This document shows, in pieces, positions 36,619 through 47,671 of a stretch of DNA of 60,251 nucleotides (positions within the stretch are counted from its first letter, which is position 1; every line of letters begins with the position of its first letter). Source of the stretch: a virus (taxonomy: Duplodnaviria > Caudoviricetes); the IMG/VR virus record IMGVR_UViG_3300037963_001896, positions 1 to 60,251 of that record, one strand, 5' to 3'. The notes under the pieces were generated by a model that did no database searches, had not been told where the DNA came from, and worked only from the letters and a program-made list of their open reading frames with translations. The position numbers were made by a program, and so were the translations under genes.

Positions 36619-36992
36619 TAGTCGAAATCGTCACGCACTACAAACTTAACTAAATCATGTACAGTTTGTATTCCCCCATTAGACTTGGTGAACTCAACTT
36701 CTCCTTCAAACGTCCCAGACTTCGTCCAAGTACCCGAAGGGAATATAGTTTTACACTCTCCAGATGATGGAGTAGTTAAAGACATTGTAATAGTTGAAAG
36801 TACTGTAGTTTCTCCGACTTCTCGGATTCTAAGTTTTACAGTACCACCGGTTACGTCTATGGGTGCCCACGTGTTCGAATCTTCTGGATCTAATGTCTGT
36901 CCAGAAGCAGCAGTATTGCTGTCTTTCAGTGTGAAGTTAAGCTCTGGGAGCGTATCTCCTACGACTAATTTTATTGTTGATGCATAAGCCAT
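36618..36992 (-). CDS. BppU-like baseplate/adaptor domain protein
   Basis: GDTLPEL.FTL.D, G.F.GEVE, FVVRDDF. Confidence 0.65.
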   Translation of the reverse strand: MAYASTIKLVVGDTLPELNFTLKDSNTAASGQTLDPEDSNTWAPIDVTGGTVKLRIREVGETTVLSTITMSLTTPSSGECKTIFPSGTWTKSGTFEGEVEFTKSNGGIQTVHDLVKFVVRDDFD

Positions 36993-37022
36993 AATTATTA
37001 CCTCAAAATATTATATACCATA

Positions 37023-40000
37023 TTACCTAATTGCTGCGTATCCAGGCAGATAATCAGATAACTTGGCGTTACCTCGTACTAAATCTTCTAACCTTTCGGC
37101 AGAAGGACCTAAAGCTGGTGTAATAAAGGAATTATCATATCTACCGGCTTCTAGCATAGGTATAATTAAACCGTATGGCCCCAACACTCCAGCTCTATCT
37201 ATAATCTCTCCTGTATAAGGAAGCCAGTCCATATTATCGCTTCTAAACGCGTTATCATCAAAACCACGCCCTACGTATTTAAGCCACTCTCTCATTTCCA
37301 AACCCAGCATAGTCAATGGTAGTAAGGTGAGAGCAGCTAGTGCTAAAGGAACAGCTCCACTAGAAATAGTTCCGTCTTCAGAATATCTATTGCCAGATTC
37401 GCGCATTGCTCCGCCTACAATGTTTTTACCGTAAGCATAGAAGAAAGACTTAAGCTGCCAAATAAGTGCTGTATAAGGGTTAGAAGCCCAAACAGGTCTT
37501 TCTGCAGCATTCGGACGTACAATAGATTCCTCTACAAACCTACCAATCGCCATTTGTACTCTTTGTCCCTCTGGAGTACTAAAACTACGACCACTAGCAT
37601 CCCAAGCTTTTATATCTTCTCTACTTACTTGTAGTTCGCGTAAGAACCTATTAGACCTATCGCTGTTTGCGTTTGCTTGGCGAATTAAAAACTGTTCGCC
37701 CATACCAGCAGCAAAAACTCTAGTAAAGTTTGTATACCACTCTAAACCAATAGCTTTAAAGAAAAGATCTGAATACTTTTGCGCTGTAGGGGTCATAAAG
37801 CCCATTTCATTAGCTTGCATAATACTGGTATTAAGAGAGTCATAGGTTATTACACCTACGTCCCTAGCAAACTGTTGCATTTCTTTTGTATCGGTAAAGT
37901 ACCTACGTACCTGAGTAAATCCTTCCTGTAGATTCTGCCAAGACAAATCTTTAGACCTTAATACAGGTCCTGCTAAGTCTGGTAACGAGGCAAGAGTAGC
38001 AAAGGTCAAATATGTCACAATGTTCACAGAAAGAAGCACACTGTTGATTTGGCGCATTGCAGGGGACATGTTTAACCCCGACTTACCTAACATAGCTTTT
38101 AAAGCATCTCTGGCAGCAGCCCTATTAGTCTCATCTGGCACTCTAAGTAACAATGCTTCTACTGCTTGCCAACCATCTACTACGTCTCCAACCTTTTTGC
38201 CCTGAAAAGACTGCCTAAAAGCTACAGCTTGGTTTTTGATGTTAGCCATATCCTGTTTAGTAAGCGTAGTTTGGAACTTTTCTTTGTAGTCTAAACGCTT
38301 AGTCATATCCTGTACGTACCTACGTATAGCAGTATTGGCATCCTCGAGTGCGCCTATATCGCGAAGCCTCTCATTAGGAATATCTTTAAAGTATTTAGCA
38401 CGAGATTCGTTTGTACCTATTGCAACATCCGCTACATCAGGTCTTGGGTTATCTGTATTGTCTTCTCCCTCCCGAATCATAGCCTCTACTACTTTATTAA
38501 AGTCTCCGGGGGTTCGGCTCATTTCTTCCCCCTTCAGGTTGTAGATAACAATGTCATCAGGGCCGTCTGGGTTAAATTCTTCTAATAACGCAACTAGGTC
38601 TGCTCTAACTTGTTCATTAGCTTGAAGTTCAGCAATAGCAATAATACGAGGATAGAAATGTTTTCGTTTAAATACATCATCCCTGCCTCTAATATAATCC
38701 TCATAGAAATCATCTAAGTACTTACGTACTGCCCTAGCTTGAGGGCTTCTAAGTTCACTAATAGGAACTTTCCGTTCTGCATCACGTAAAATAGACTCAA
38801 AGGCATCTAGATCAGGAACTACTTTCCCAGTAATAGTAGTTTTAGTAGGCGCTAGTTTATGTAAGTCGTTAAGTCTCTGATACATAAGAAGAACACGAGC
38901 ATTTAAATGTCCAGTTTTTTCTTCTGATTGCGACATAGAATAAATGCCATTGGCTAATTCAGGCGCGTACTTACCTACTAATCCCCTTAAATAGTTGTGA
39001 GCGGGCTGTAAAAAATACCCAACAGACCAATGCCTTCTGTCGTTTGGCATTAATTCTCTGCCTGCTTCCAAATTTTCAGTAATCAGTCGTCTTATCTGTT
39101 GGACTGCCTTCCTGGGCATAAAACTCTTTAAGGTAGTAGAAGCCTCATCCACCATATTTCGCACTACAACCCTGTCACTATATGTCATAGGTGCGTTACG
39201 TTGCTTACCATTTTGATAAGACTTTATAACTTCTTGTACATAATCATTAAAAGCCGGACTAGTCGGTCCTTCACTAAACCTAAGTCTTAATGTTGAATCT
39301 AGGCTTTTAAATACATCTCTAATCTTATCTGCTAGGCGTTTAAAGAAACTTTCAACCCCGTTAGTAGGCTTCTTAGCTTCGTTTAAAAGCCAAGTCCCCA
39401 TTTTATCGGAGAACCATTCTTCAAATCCAAACTCGCCTTCGTACTGACGTCCCCCGATACCGGCCTCTTTATCTTTTTGAAAAGCTGCTTCCAAATCTTT
39501 ACGCAACTTAGGATTAGCTAAAGAACGATTTAATTCTTGATGGAAGATAGCGTGACCTAATTCATGCCCTAAAGTTAGAATGGCTTTTACTTGCTGTACA
39601 GGATTAGGGTTTGCAGGCACATCTATTACAATAAGATCAGTGTCACCAAACCTTATGTATTTACCTGACTCCCCTTTTTCACGCATATTGGCTACTGTCT
39701 GTTTAACCAAATCAGGGATAGCGTACTGTTTACCCTCAAAAGTAACAGTCTCGACCATTTTATTTTTAGGTCGTAAAAATTTATCGTCTTTTAAAACATT
39801 TTCAGCTGTAGTAATACGAGTAGTCCGTCCTCCATACCCTAACTTATTAGAAATAAGACTAGATAACTGAGGCCACAAACCCCCCATAACAGAGTTCCAA
39901 CTTGCATCTATTTCAACTTTGCCTTTTTTAGCCCCAGGCTTACGCTTCATTTGTTCGCTTTGTAGCGTATCCATAATAGGATCCGCAGTAGGACGCCCTT

Positions 40001-43000
40001 CTATGTTTAACCCTGTAAGAGGTAATTTTTCTAAATTATCTTCACTTTTTATATCTTGCTGGGCAAACTCATCTCCGATACCTTCTTCTTCAAATTCAGC
40101 TTTATCTATGTACTTTTCGTCTTCTTGCCTTTGTATTTCATTTAATCTAGTACGCGGGTTTGAGCTAAAGTTTCTCCATTTTGGTCCTGAGTTAACAGTA
40201 GGAGCAACGTAAGGAGCTTTAATCCGTAGCGCCACTCTATTCATTCTGTCTTCGTATTCAGCTTTAGTCTCTGCTTCAACAGTAAATCCAGCTTCGTTTA
40301 CATATTCTTCTCGAATAGGGTACTTAGCGTGTGCCTGCTCATGGCGTATAATAAACTCTCTGAACTGTTCTAAAGTTGTAAACTGATCTTCTGGCAAGGG
40401 TGTAACCCCTTCTACATTTGGCTTAGTCCAAGCTTTATCTTCAAACTTCTGCCTAAGCGTCTGCATGTTGACATAGATCTCTTTAGTCTGCCTGTTATAT
40501 CTGGCCCACGCCTTACCTCGCGGCGTTTTCTCTTCTCTGTTTATTTTAGGTTCGGGTAGACTAAAAGGGTCAAAAGTTGCTCCTATCTCACTTGCCCCCG
40601 AAGCTTCTTCTGCTTCTTTGTATATATCGCGTTCCCTAAAATAAACTCTTTGAGCATCTAACTCAGCTTCTAACTTAGACTTTTCAATGTTCATTTCTCG
40701 CGAAGTAGGTTGCATAGAAGCAGGACCTTCTCCTTCCCTTTCTGGAATAGCACGGCCTTGCTCAGCTCTCTTAAACGATATAGGTGTACCACCTTTTAAT
40801 TGATATATAGGAGCGTTTTGCCAATTTTGAGACGCATTTAGGGGCTGACCTTGGTAAAGAAGTTCATAACCATTTTCCGCTAACGCTTCAAACATACGTG
40901 TAAAGCCATCTGAAATACGACTAGTGTCTGCAGTAAATGTTTGGGGTTCGTTTAAACCTAAATTCATACCAAACTGAACTAAATTACCTAAATAAACAGC
41001 TCTACCCGAATCATTTTGCCCAACTTCTCTGACAGACCAACCTTTTGTTATATTCCTAAGAGCGGGTTTAGCTCTAGAAGCTTGTGTTACTACATCCCCA
41101 ATACGTTCTGCTGCATTTATTCTGTCTCCCGGTAACACGTCTCTAGGAGAAGTAGCAATAGTCCACTCTCCATTTTCATTCTGCCTAGGAGTTAAAATAA
41201 GATTGGGGTTAGTCCTAGCTTGAGCTTTAAAAGCTTCAAGGAACGCAGTAGGTAAAGTATCTAAAAGAGCTTCAATATCCGGAGAAGCTTCTATTTCGTT
41301 TATTTCTAAAAAGCCATTCTTACCAAATATTAAATCTTCTCTTTTATCTAGCTCTGCATTTGTCTGTTCATCAGTCATTCCTTCAAACGCGTTCTCAGCG
41401 TTTCTTGCAGGCCAAGTTAAAACAGGACGATTTTGTCTAGCCTCGAGGATTTCTTCCTCAGTCATGTTTGCCTGTTCTGCTTTAGTAAGAGGTTTAGTAA
41501 TAAAACTTTCTCTGCTCGCGTCGAAAGTAGTACCCCCTTCACTAAACGCAATATCGTCCCCCTGCTCTTGCGTAACTGGGTCTGCAAGGCTTGTTGGGCT
41601 AGTGGGGTCTTGAGGACCCCCCTCTACTATCATGCTGCGGTCAGTAAAATCAAACTCTTGTTGCTGAGGAGCGGGACCTTCTTCTTGAGTCGGTTGTTGC
41701 GTCTGCTCTGCTTGCGGAGTAGGTTGCGCTTGTGGCCCTTGTTGGTCTCCAAAATCAAACGCTTGTTGCCTTTCATTAAAAGCTGCTTCTCTAGTAACTC
41801 CTTCAATGCTGTACTTCCCTTCATTAGGAAAACGTGTACGTGCGTGCAGTTTTACAGCATCTACATTTCCTTCAGTTGTAGTTTGTTGCCAAACAACATT
41901 ACCCGCAGAATCTTTTACCTGTACAACAGCATCATGTGAAGGATCTGAAACTTCTGTGTAACCTAAAATCTGCTGAAGAAAAGTTTCAGAAAAACCAGAA
42001 TCAATAGCGTCTTTAGCGTCAGTTTCAAAGTTCTTATTAGCCCTATCTAAAATTAAAAACCCTGAATTATTGGCGGTGTCATATACTATGCCGAACTTTT
42101 CTTCTATTTGAGCTGCGGTATATCCTTCTTCTACAAGGTCTTGTAAAAAATCATTAAGAGTATTAGCAGTATCTGCTTCATTTAAACCGTCAGTAGGAAG
42201 CCAAACTGCTTTAGTTTCTGTATCTTCATCTAAAAGAGATTGTATTTGAGCTTGAGACCATTCTTTTGGCTCAGGGATAACTCTACCATCCGACTGCCCT
42301 TTTTTACTTGCGATCGAAGCTTCTTCAGCTACATCAGCACCTTCTTGTGCCAACCCTCTAGCTTTACCAATAACATTAGCGACAGCCCCTGTAGGAGCTG
42401 ATCTGCCAGCTCCAGCCCAAAACCCAGCAAAAGCAGACTCGGCTCTTCTTAAATTCGCTTCTCTGTCGGAGTAGTCTGGATCAATTGCAAATCGTTGCTG
42501 AATAAAAAGTTCTTCTTGTATAGTTTCAGTAGTTCCTTCAACAAGTCCTCCTTTAAGTAATCCACCTCCAAAACCTTTCGCCGCTTCTTTTAGCCAACCC
42601 GCTGCTTCTTGGTCTCCTGTTTTAGCGTACTTACCTGCCATACGCTTAAACAAAGCCCCAACAAATAATTTTTCGCCTAATGTACCGATAACAGCTTGGG
42701 GTATACCAAGACCTAACGCTGCTGCAGCTTCTTCATTAGTTAATTTATAGCCAGCTTCTTCGTACTCACCTAACGCTTGTGACGAGCCGACTACATATTC
42801 TTGCCCACCTGCTCCAGCCCAAAAACCTGCGGATATAAAAGGAAAATTAGAAGGTACGCTACCTGTTCTAGCTAAATTTACAAAGTTAGGGTACTGCCCC
42901 ATACGTTTAACAGACTCGTACGCCCCAGCCAATATAGCTTCTTCAGATTCATCTAACGCTTCCCCCAATCCTTTTTTATGAGCTACTTTTTTCTTTAAAA

Positions 43001-44192
43001 TATCGGAAATAACTTCTCGTGTTACTTTCTTAGACGTTGCACTCAATACCCCTTTACCTACCGCAGCTACCGCAGCTCCTGTAAATCCAGAACCTATCGA
43101 ACTAATAGCCATGGGAGTAAATTGGCCTATAGACTTAATTACTTGGTCATAAAAACCTTCAAAAGATGGTTCTTCTAAGAAACTTTCAAAAGTACCTATA
43201 GAATTTAAAATAGAACTAGCGTCTTGTTGTAGACGTTTAGCACGATTAAGTTTTATTTGTGCTGCTTCTTCGTCTCCTTGTAAAAGATTAAAGATTGCTC
43301 CAAATTGATAAACATCAGAAACTAACTGGTCTCCGCCTGCTTGTACCGCACCAGACCAAATGTCTCCTGTAGTGGAACGAAGTGTGGGAGTACGGTCTAT
43401 GGGCATACTTTGGACTAAAGCTTGGTTCCTTTCCCTACGCGCATCAGAATAAAGTTTTGCTGCCAATGCCCCTTCTACTTCAAAACCAGCGCCAGTAGCC
43501 CCGCTTAATTCAAGCGGCGTAGTTTGAGGTTGACCCGCAGGAGTAGGCTGTGGGGCAGAAGCAAAACTAGTCATGGGGGTGTAAGTAGTACTAGGTCTAG
43601 ATTGTGCACGAGAACGAGGAGTACTTGAACGAGGAGTGCTTGGCATTACAGTGTCAAGTAAGGGGTTAGCTGCTCCCCTGTTTTCTTGTCCAGAAGTAAA
43701 TCCCCCTGGTATTTGACCTGTAGAATTGCCTAAAGAACCTAAAAGATTAGCAAATTTAGCAGCTCTAGTAGGAGTTTGTTCTCTAGCCCATTTTGAATCC
43801 ATAGCCTCTTTAGAAGCTGCTTCAAAATCCCCGTCCTGCATCAACTTCCAAGTATCTACAAACTTAGTATTCCAAGCTGTGCCTAACTGAAAGTTAACTG
43901 AAGTAAGTCGTTCTAAAAACGCTTGTCTTTGAGTGGGGTCTAATTCTTGAAATCTAGGTAAGCTATTAGCTTGAGTTTGTGCAGCTCTATAGCTTTTATC
44001 TAAATCTTCTTCATACCATTTATCTAGCTGCGCTTGGGGTACAGCAGTACCAGGGGGGTAAAGTTTTAGCTCATCATCAGACAAAAAGTGCCCGTGCCCA
44101 ACGGAATACCCCGAGGCATCTGAGTAAACCTTGTTGCTAAATCCTTCTTCATTCTTAACAAGGTCATATATGTTTTTAGGTACACTTGCCAC
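37023..44192 (-). CDS. Giant internal virion (ejection) protein with N-terminal lysozyme
   Basis: 2389 aa; EEG....Y.D..GYSVGHGH and DSKWAREQTP.RA; HEQAH and HELGH motifs. Confidence 0.8.
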   Translation of the reverse strand: MASVPKNIYDLVKNEEGFSNKVYSDASGYSVGHGHFLSDDELKLYPPGTAVPQAQLDKWYEEDLDKSYRAAQTQANSLPRFQELDPTQRQAFLERLTSVNFQLGTAWNTKFVDTWKLMQDGDFEAASKEAMDSKWAREQTPTRAAKFANLLGSLGNSTGQIPGGFTSGQENRGAANPLLDTVMPSTPRSSTPRSRAQSRPSTTYTPMTSFASAPQPTPAGQPQTTPLELSGATGAGFEVEGALAAKLYSDARRERNQALVQSMPIDRTPTLRSTTGDIWSGAVQAGGDQLVSDVYQFGAIFNLLQGDEEAAQIKLNRAKRLQQDASSILNSIGTFESFLEEPSFEGFYDQVIKSIGQFTPMAISSIGSGFTGAAVAAVGKGVLSATSKKVTREVISDILKKKVAHKKGLGEALDESEEAILAGAYESVKRMGQYPNFVNLARTGSVPSNFPFISAGFWAGAGGQEYVVGSSQALGEYEEAGYKLTNEEAAAALGLGIPQAVIGTLGEKLFVGALFKRMAGKYAKTGDQEAAGWLKEAAKGFGGGLLKGGLVEGTTETIQEELFIQQRFAIDPDYSDREANLRRAESAFAGFWAGAGRSAPTGAVANVIGKARGLAQEGADVAEEASIASKKGQSDGRVIPEPKEWSQAQIQSLLDEDTETKAVWLPTDGLNEADTANTLNDFLQDLVEEGYTAAQIEEKFGIVYDTANNSGFLILDRANKNFETDAKDAIDSGFSETFLQQILGYTEVSDPSHDAVVQVKDSAGNVVWQQTTTEGNVDAVKLHARTRFPNEGKYSIEGVTREAAFNERQQAFDFGDQQGPQAQPTPQAEQTQQPTQEEGPAPQQQEFDFTDRSMIVEGGPQDPTSPTSLADPVTQEQGDDIAFSEGGTTFDASRESFITKPLTKAEQANMTEEEILEARQNRPVLTWPARNAENAFEGMTDEQTNAELDKREDLIFGKNGFLEINEIEASPDIEALLDTLPTAFLEAFKAQARTNPNLILTPRQNENGEWTIATSPRDVLPGDRINAAERIGDVVTQASRAKPALRNITKGWSVREVGQNDSGRAVYLGNLVQFGMNLGLNEPQTFTADTSRISDGFTRMFEALAENGYELLYQGQPLNASQNWQNAPIYQLKGGTPISFKRAEQGRAIPEREGEGPASMQPTSREMNIEKSKLEAELDAQRVYFRERDIYKEAEEASGASEIGATFDPFSLPEPKINREEKTPRGKAWARYNRQTKEIYVNMQTLRQKFEDKAWTKPNVEGVTPLPEDQFTTLEQFREFIIRHEQAHAKYPIREEYVNEAGFTVEAETKAEYEDRMNRVALRIKAPYVAPTVNSGPKWRNFSSNPRTRLNEIQRQEDEKYIDKAEFEEEGIGDEFAQQDIKSEDNLEKLPLTGLNIEGRPTADPIMDTLQSEQMKRKPGAKKGKVEIDASWNSVMGGLWPQLSSLISNKLGYGGRTTRITTAENVLKDDKFLRPKNKMVETVTFEGKQYAIPDLVKQTVANMREKGESGKYIRFGDTDLIVIDVPANPNPVQQVKAILTLGHELGHAIFHQELNRSLANPKLRKDLEAAFQKDKEAGIGGRQYEGEFGFEEWFSDKMGTWLLNEAKKPTNGVESFFKRLADKIRDVFKSLDSTLRLRFSEGPTSPAFNDYVQEVIKSYQNGKQRNAPMTYSDRVVVRNMVDEASTTLKSFMPRKAVQQIRRLITENLEAGRELMPNDRRHWSVGYFLQPAHNYLRGLVGKYAPELANGIYSMSQSEEKTGHLNARVLLMYQRLNDLHKLAPTKTTITGKVVPDLDAFESILRDAERKVPISELRSPQARAVRKYLDDFYEDYIRGRDDVFKRKHFYPRIIAIAELQANEQVRADLVALLEEFNPDGPDDIVIYNLKGEEMSRTPGDFNKVVEAMIREGEDNTDNPRPDVADVAIGTNESRAKYFKDIPNERLRDIGALEDANTAIRRYVQDMTKRLDYKEKFQTTLTKQDMANIKNQAVAFRQSFQGKKVGDVVDGWQAVEALLLRVPDETNRAAARDALKAMLGKSGLNMSPAMRQINSVLLSVNIVTYLTFATLASLPDLAGPVLRSKDLSWQNLQEGFTQVRRYFTDTKEMQQFARDVGVITYDSLNTSIMQANEMGFMTPTAQKYSDLFFKAIGLEWYTNFTRVFAAGMGEQFLIRQANANSDRSNRFLRELQVSREDIKAWDASGRSFSTPEGQRVQMAIGRFVEESIVRPNAAERPVWASNPYTALIWQLKSFFYAYGKNIVGGAMRESGNRYSEDGTISSGAVPLALAALTLLPLTMLGLEMREWLKYVGRGFDDNAFRSDNMDWLPYTGEIIDRAGVLGPYGLIIPMLEAGRYDNSFITPALGPSAERLEDLVRGNAKLSDYLPGYAAIR

Positions 44193-44207
44193 ACTTCTTT
44201 CTATCTA

Positions 44208-46919
44208 TTAAAGACCTCTTGCTTTTCTGTAAGCATCATTATTACCTAAGCTCATGCCGAGTAAAATTTGCCTACCCCCTAAACTACCAAACACATCTTC
44301 TAGTGAAGTAGCAGGTATCTCACTCCCTAGTTCTTGAAAAGTCCTAGGATCTATTTGTTTGTAAGCCGTAACCTGACTAGGGTCATCTGTCGGAAGGCCA
44401 TCCCTACCGATTGCAATTAATTGAGCTGCATAATCGTAAGCCCTAACGCCTACAGATTTATCCGCGCCAAAGAAAGACAAGAACCTATCCCACATGCTTG
44501 CATTTTCTTCAGACATTTTCTTAAGCATTACATTACTAGCAGTAGCTAAATCATGTTTTATTGACTGATAATTAGTAAAGTCTTGCGCCGTCCATTGATC
44601 TGTAGGTTTAGCAGTAATAGTAGCTAAGCTTTGTAAACCTAGATTCGTATAAGCCGCAAAATCACCCTCATTAAAAGCTGTCACATCATCCAAAGAAGAT
44701 GGCCCTTCTCCTGTCCCGTACATCATTTTATAAAAATTAGTCTGTTTTTTAGCGCTGTTATATTCAGTTAGAGTACTGCCTCTTTCTGCATTAACAGCAT
44801 TCCTCAACTTCAGGTTATAGTCTTGTTGCCACTGAAAATCTAAAGTTGAATACCTACTTTTTTGTGTCTCTAACTCTTCCCAACGTAACTCTAACCCTTG
44901 TTCTTGAAGGAAAAGACTTGTATCAGTTTGGTCTGCTCTCCTCTGCTCTAAAGCAAACTTCTCGCTAAAATCATCCCAACGGCCTCTTTCTACCAAAGCT
45001 GACCCGGAATTAGCAATCATGCTAAACAATTGCGTACCTCTCGCATCGCCTTGAGGGAAAGAAGAAGCAAGAGCTAACCACGTTGCAGCTCTATCCTCTT
45101 TGTCTAGCTGCTGCATATTGCCATCAAACTTATTAATAAAATCAACAACGGCTTGTTGATCTCTTTGGGTTAGAGTATCTAACCTAGCTACTTCTGCTTC
45201 TAATACTGCAATATGAGAAGGCATTAAAGTTCCCGTAGGACGTTCCATAGCCTCAATAACTTTGTCAATATCTGCTTGGCTTTTTATTTTGGCCATAGGC
45301 GTATCTTTTAAGTCTTCTGGCTTAGGTTCCATGCCTATAAAAGCAGTAAAAGCTGCTTCGTCATTCATATACTTTTCAGCAAACCTAAAAGGGCTTTCTC
45401 TAAACAAAGCTAAGTCCTCGGGGCTGTTACGCAATGCTTCCCAGAATTTATCTTTATTGACTTTTTTATTTTGAGTTTTATAAAAAGCCTCTACATCATT
45501 AGCTACTTTATCGTATTGAGACGCAGTAATATCTTGCGGCACATCCGTCTCACGATATTCTTTTAACTCAGCACGAAGTGCACTTTGCCTATCTCCACTG
45601 TTTAAGGTTACTTGATCCCGCCAAAGTGTTTGCAAATTCCTATTAATTAAATCTTCGTCCCTAACTTCTATTTTTGCCCGCTGCTCACTAGTTAAGCTTT
45701 TATGCTGAGCCTCAGTTAAATTCATAGGGGTATGACTTCTAGGAGCAATATAGTCCTTCAGGTTATCCGGTACTTCAATATCAACAGCTTGCGCACCCAG
45801 AGGAGCATAACCGCCCCCTACTAGATAATAGCCAGGCAATTGTTCATACAACTCGTCCCCCATAGGAAGCATAGGAGTGCCGTAAGCATAATTTGCAACG
45901 GCTGTACCATAACCAGTACCTTCTGTTGGGTTTGTATTTGCAGCTGTTATGGCGTCTTCCGCCATTTGTTTCTTTAAAACTTTGTTTTCTGCTTCAAGTT
46001 GTGCTCGCCTTTCTTGTTTATCTTTAGCAAACTGCGTATCAATATCTGCTTCTTGTTTAGTATAAGCCGCTTGAGTATCTTGTAGTTCTTGCAAAGCCGT
46101 GTCGTACACACCTTGACTACCATCTCGTACGGCTTGTAGGGCTGCAAGTTCGTTTTGTACACGCCCCGGAACAAAGCCCTGTAAATTAGAGTCTTGAAAA
46201 CCTAGAGTACGTACAGCAGAACTAGCTCCTGGGACACGTTGGTACAAGTCTGCTATGCCACTAAAAAAGGCTTGATCCCTAGCTGCATCAGGTATTGGAG
46301 GCCAGCTCCCTGCTTCTACTGCAGCATCACCACCTTCCGCCTGTAATTGAGCTACAGGTTTACCTCCAAAAGTAGGGTTAGCGTCATAGATTTGACCTGT
46401 CTCGGGGTCTACAGTACGAACTTGATAATTTATCCCAGGGCCAAAGTCTGTATCTACCTGTTCAGAAGTAACAGGGTTCATAAACTTACCGTCCCCTAAA
46501 ATCTTGCCCCACAGCCCAGAAAGATTTTCATATTGAATCGCAGCGTCTTTACCATACATACGCTGTATATCACTAGGAGCATAATTTTTATTTACTCCAA
46601 AATTCTGTCTGGCTTGAAAATAAGCAGCTTCGTAATCTTTAGGCGTTCCTGTAAACCCTTCCGGTAATTTAATTGGAGACTCTGTGTCTGTTAAACTTCG
46701 GTTATATGCGTCCCAATCGTTTTTTACTTTTACTTTCCAAGTATCTAATTGAGATACGGCTCTATCTAAATTAGAAAAATCTTTTTCATCAGTTTGTTCT
46801 TTAGCAGCTTGTGCTATACGAAAATCATTCGAACGCCCATATCCTGCTCCACGGGCCATAGCTTGAAATCTACTATAAGTAGGAGGGTTAAAAGATCCTA
46901 ATGTGTCGTTAGTAGCCAT
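44208..46919 (-). CDS. Putative internal virion protein
   Basis: 903-aa helical ORF upstream of the giant protein. Confidence 0.7.
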   Translation of the reverse strand: MATNDTLGSFNPPTYSRFQAMARGAGYGRSNDFRIAQAAKEQTDEKDFSNLDRAVSQLDTWKVKVKNDWDAYNRSLTDTESPIKLPEGFTGTPKDYEAAYFQARQNFGVNKNYAPSDIQRMYGKDAAIQYENLSGLWGKILGDGKFMNPVTSEQVDTDFGPGINYQVRTVDPETGQIYDANPTFGGKPVAQLQAEGGDAAVEAGSWPPIPDAARDQAFFSGIADLYQRVPGASSAVRTLGFQDSNLQGFVPGRVQNELAALQAVRDGSQGVYDTALQELQDTQAAYTKQEADIDTQFAKDKQERRAQLEAENKVLKKQMAEDAITAANTNPTEGTGYGTAVANYAYGTPMLPMGDELYEQLPGYYLVGGGYAPLGAQAVDIEVPDNLKDYIAPRSHTPMNLTEAQHKSLTSEQRAKIEVRDEDLINRNLQTLWRDQVTLNSGDRQSALRAELKEYRETDVPQDITASQYDKVANDVEAFYKTQNKKVNKDKFWEALRNSPEDLALFRESPFRFAEKYMNDEAAFTAFIGMEPKPEDLKDTPMAKIKSQADIDKVIEAMERPTGTLMPSHIAVLEAEVARLDTLTQRDQQAVVDFINKFDGNMQQLDKEDRAATWLALASSFPQGDARGTQLFSMIANSGSALVERGRWDDFSEKFALEQRRADQTDTSLFLQEQGLELRWEELETQKSRYSTLDFQWQQDYNLKLRNAVNAERGSTLTEYNSAKKQTNFYKMMYGTGEGPSSLDDVTAFNEGDFAAYTNLGLQSLATITAKPTDQWTAQDFTNYQSIKHDLATASNVMLKKMSEENASMWDRFLSFFGADKSVGVRAYDYAAQLIAIGRDGLPTDDPSQVTAYKQIDPRTFQELGSEIPATSLEDVFGSLGGRQILLGMSLGNNDAYRKARGL

Positions 46920-46920
46920 A

Positions 46921-47670
46921 TTATATTAAAAAGGCTGCAAGCATCGCTCCTGCAGATCCTATCATGCTGTATGTTTGTTGTTTATGGGCAGATTTTGCTT
47001 GCTGGTACGCATTCTTACGAGCTACTGCGTTTTCTCCTGCAGCCCCTAGCTGACTTAGTGAACTTCTATTAACGCCTTGTCCGATATTAATTAAATCCGA
47101 CAACAGTCTCGTATTTGCATCCCTTTGAGCTAAACGGGCTTCGTTCAAACCCCCTGCTAAATTTATTGCTTCCCCTCGTTGCGAAGCTCTTTCAGACTCC
47201 CTAGCTTCAACCGCAGTTTGCGTAAGCCCGTACCTACTACGCTGTCTTTCTGCTACTTCTCTAGCAATTCTTGCTTGCTCTGGAGCATCTTCTCTAGCAG
47301 CATCTATCAAAGAAGTATCATCTCTAGCTGCAATAAGAGCTTCTTCAAAACCTCTAAAGTTTCTTATGTAACGCTCGTGCTGACTCCTAGCTACATTTCC
47401 CATAGTTTTATCTGGGTCAGTTACTTGTGGCAATTGACTAGCTGAATAACTTTGATTTGAGGTAGGGTCATAGTTAAGCGTACCAATACCCGGCCCTGCG
47501 TTTCCAGTAGCAGTAGTATTCACTCTAGTAACATCCCCTACGGGTTGCTTAACAGGGTTCCTTCCTGGAATCCTACCGGTGTTAAATTCCCTCGGATCGA
47601 AGCCGTACTTCTCCATGAGATGAACGGGCATCTCGCTTAAGTGGGATATTGCTCCTCCGAACGCTTGCAT
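46921..47670 (-). CDS. Putative internal virion protein
   Basis: A/Q/R-rich helices, hydrophobic C-terminus. Confidence 0.7.
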   Translation of the reverse strand: MQAFGGAISHLSEMPVHLMEKYGFDPREFNTGRIPGRNPVKQPVGDVTRVNTTATGNAGPGIGTLNYDPTSNQSYSASQLPQVTDPDKTMGNVARSQHERYIRNFRGFEEALIAARDDTSLIDAAREDAPEQARIAREVAERQRSRYGLTQTAVEARESERASQRGEAINLAGGLNEARLAQRDANTRLLSDLINIGQGVNRSSLSQLGAAGENAVARKNAYQQAKSAHKQQTYSMIGSAGAMLAAFLI

Positions 47671-47671
47671 A

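Noticed and set aside
37023-44192. N4-like virion RNA polymerase
   Set aside because: I could not find single-subunit RNAP catalytic motifs, and it is much shorter than N4 vRNAP
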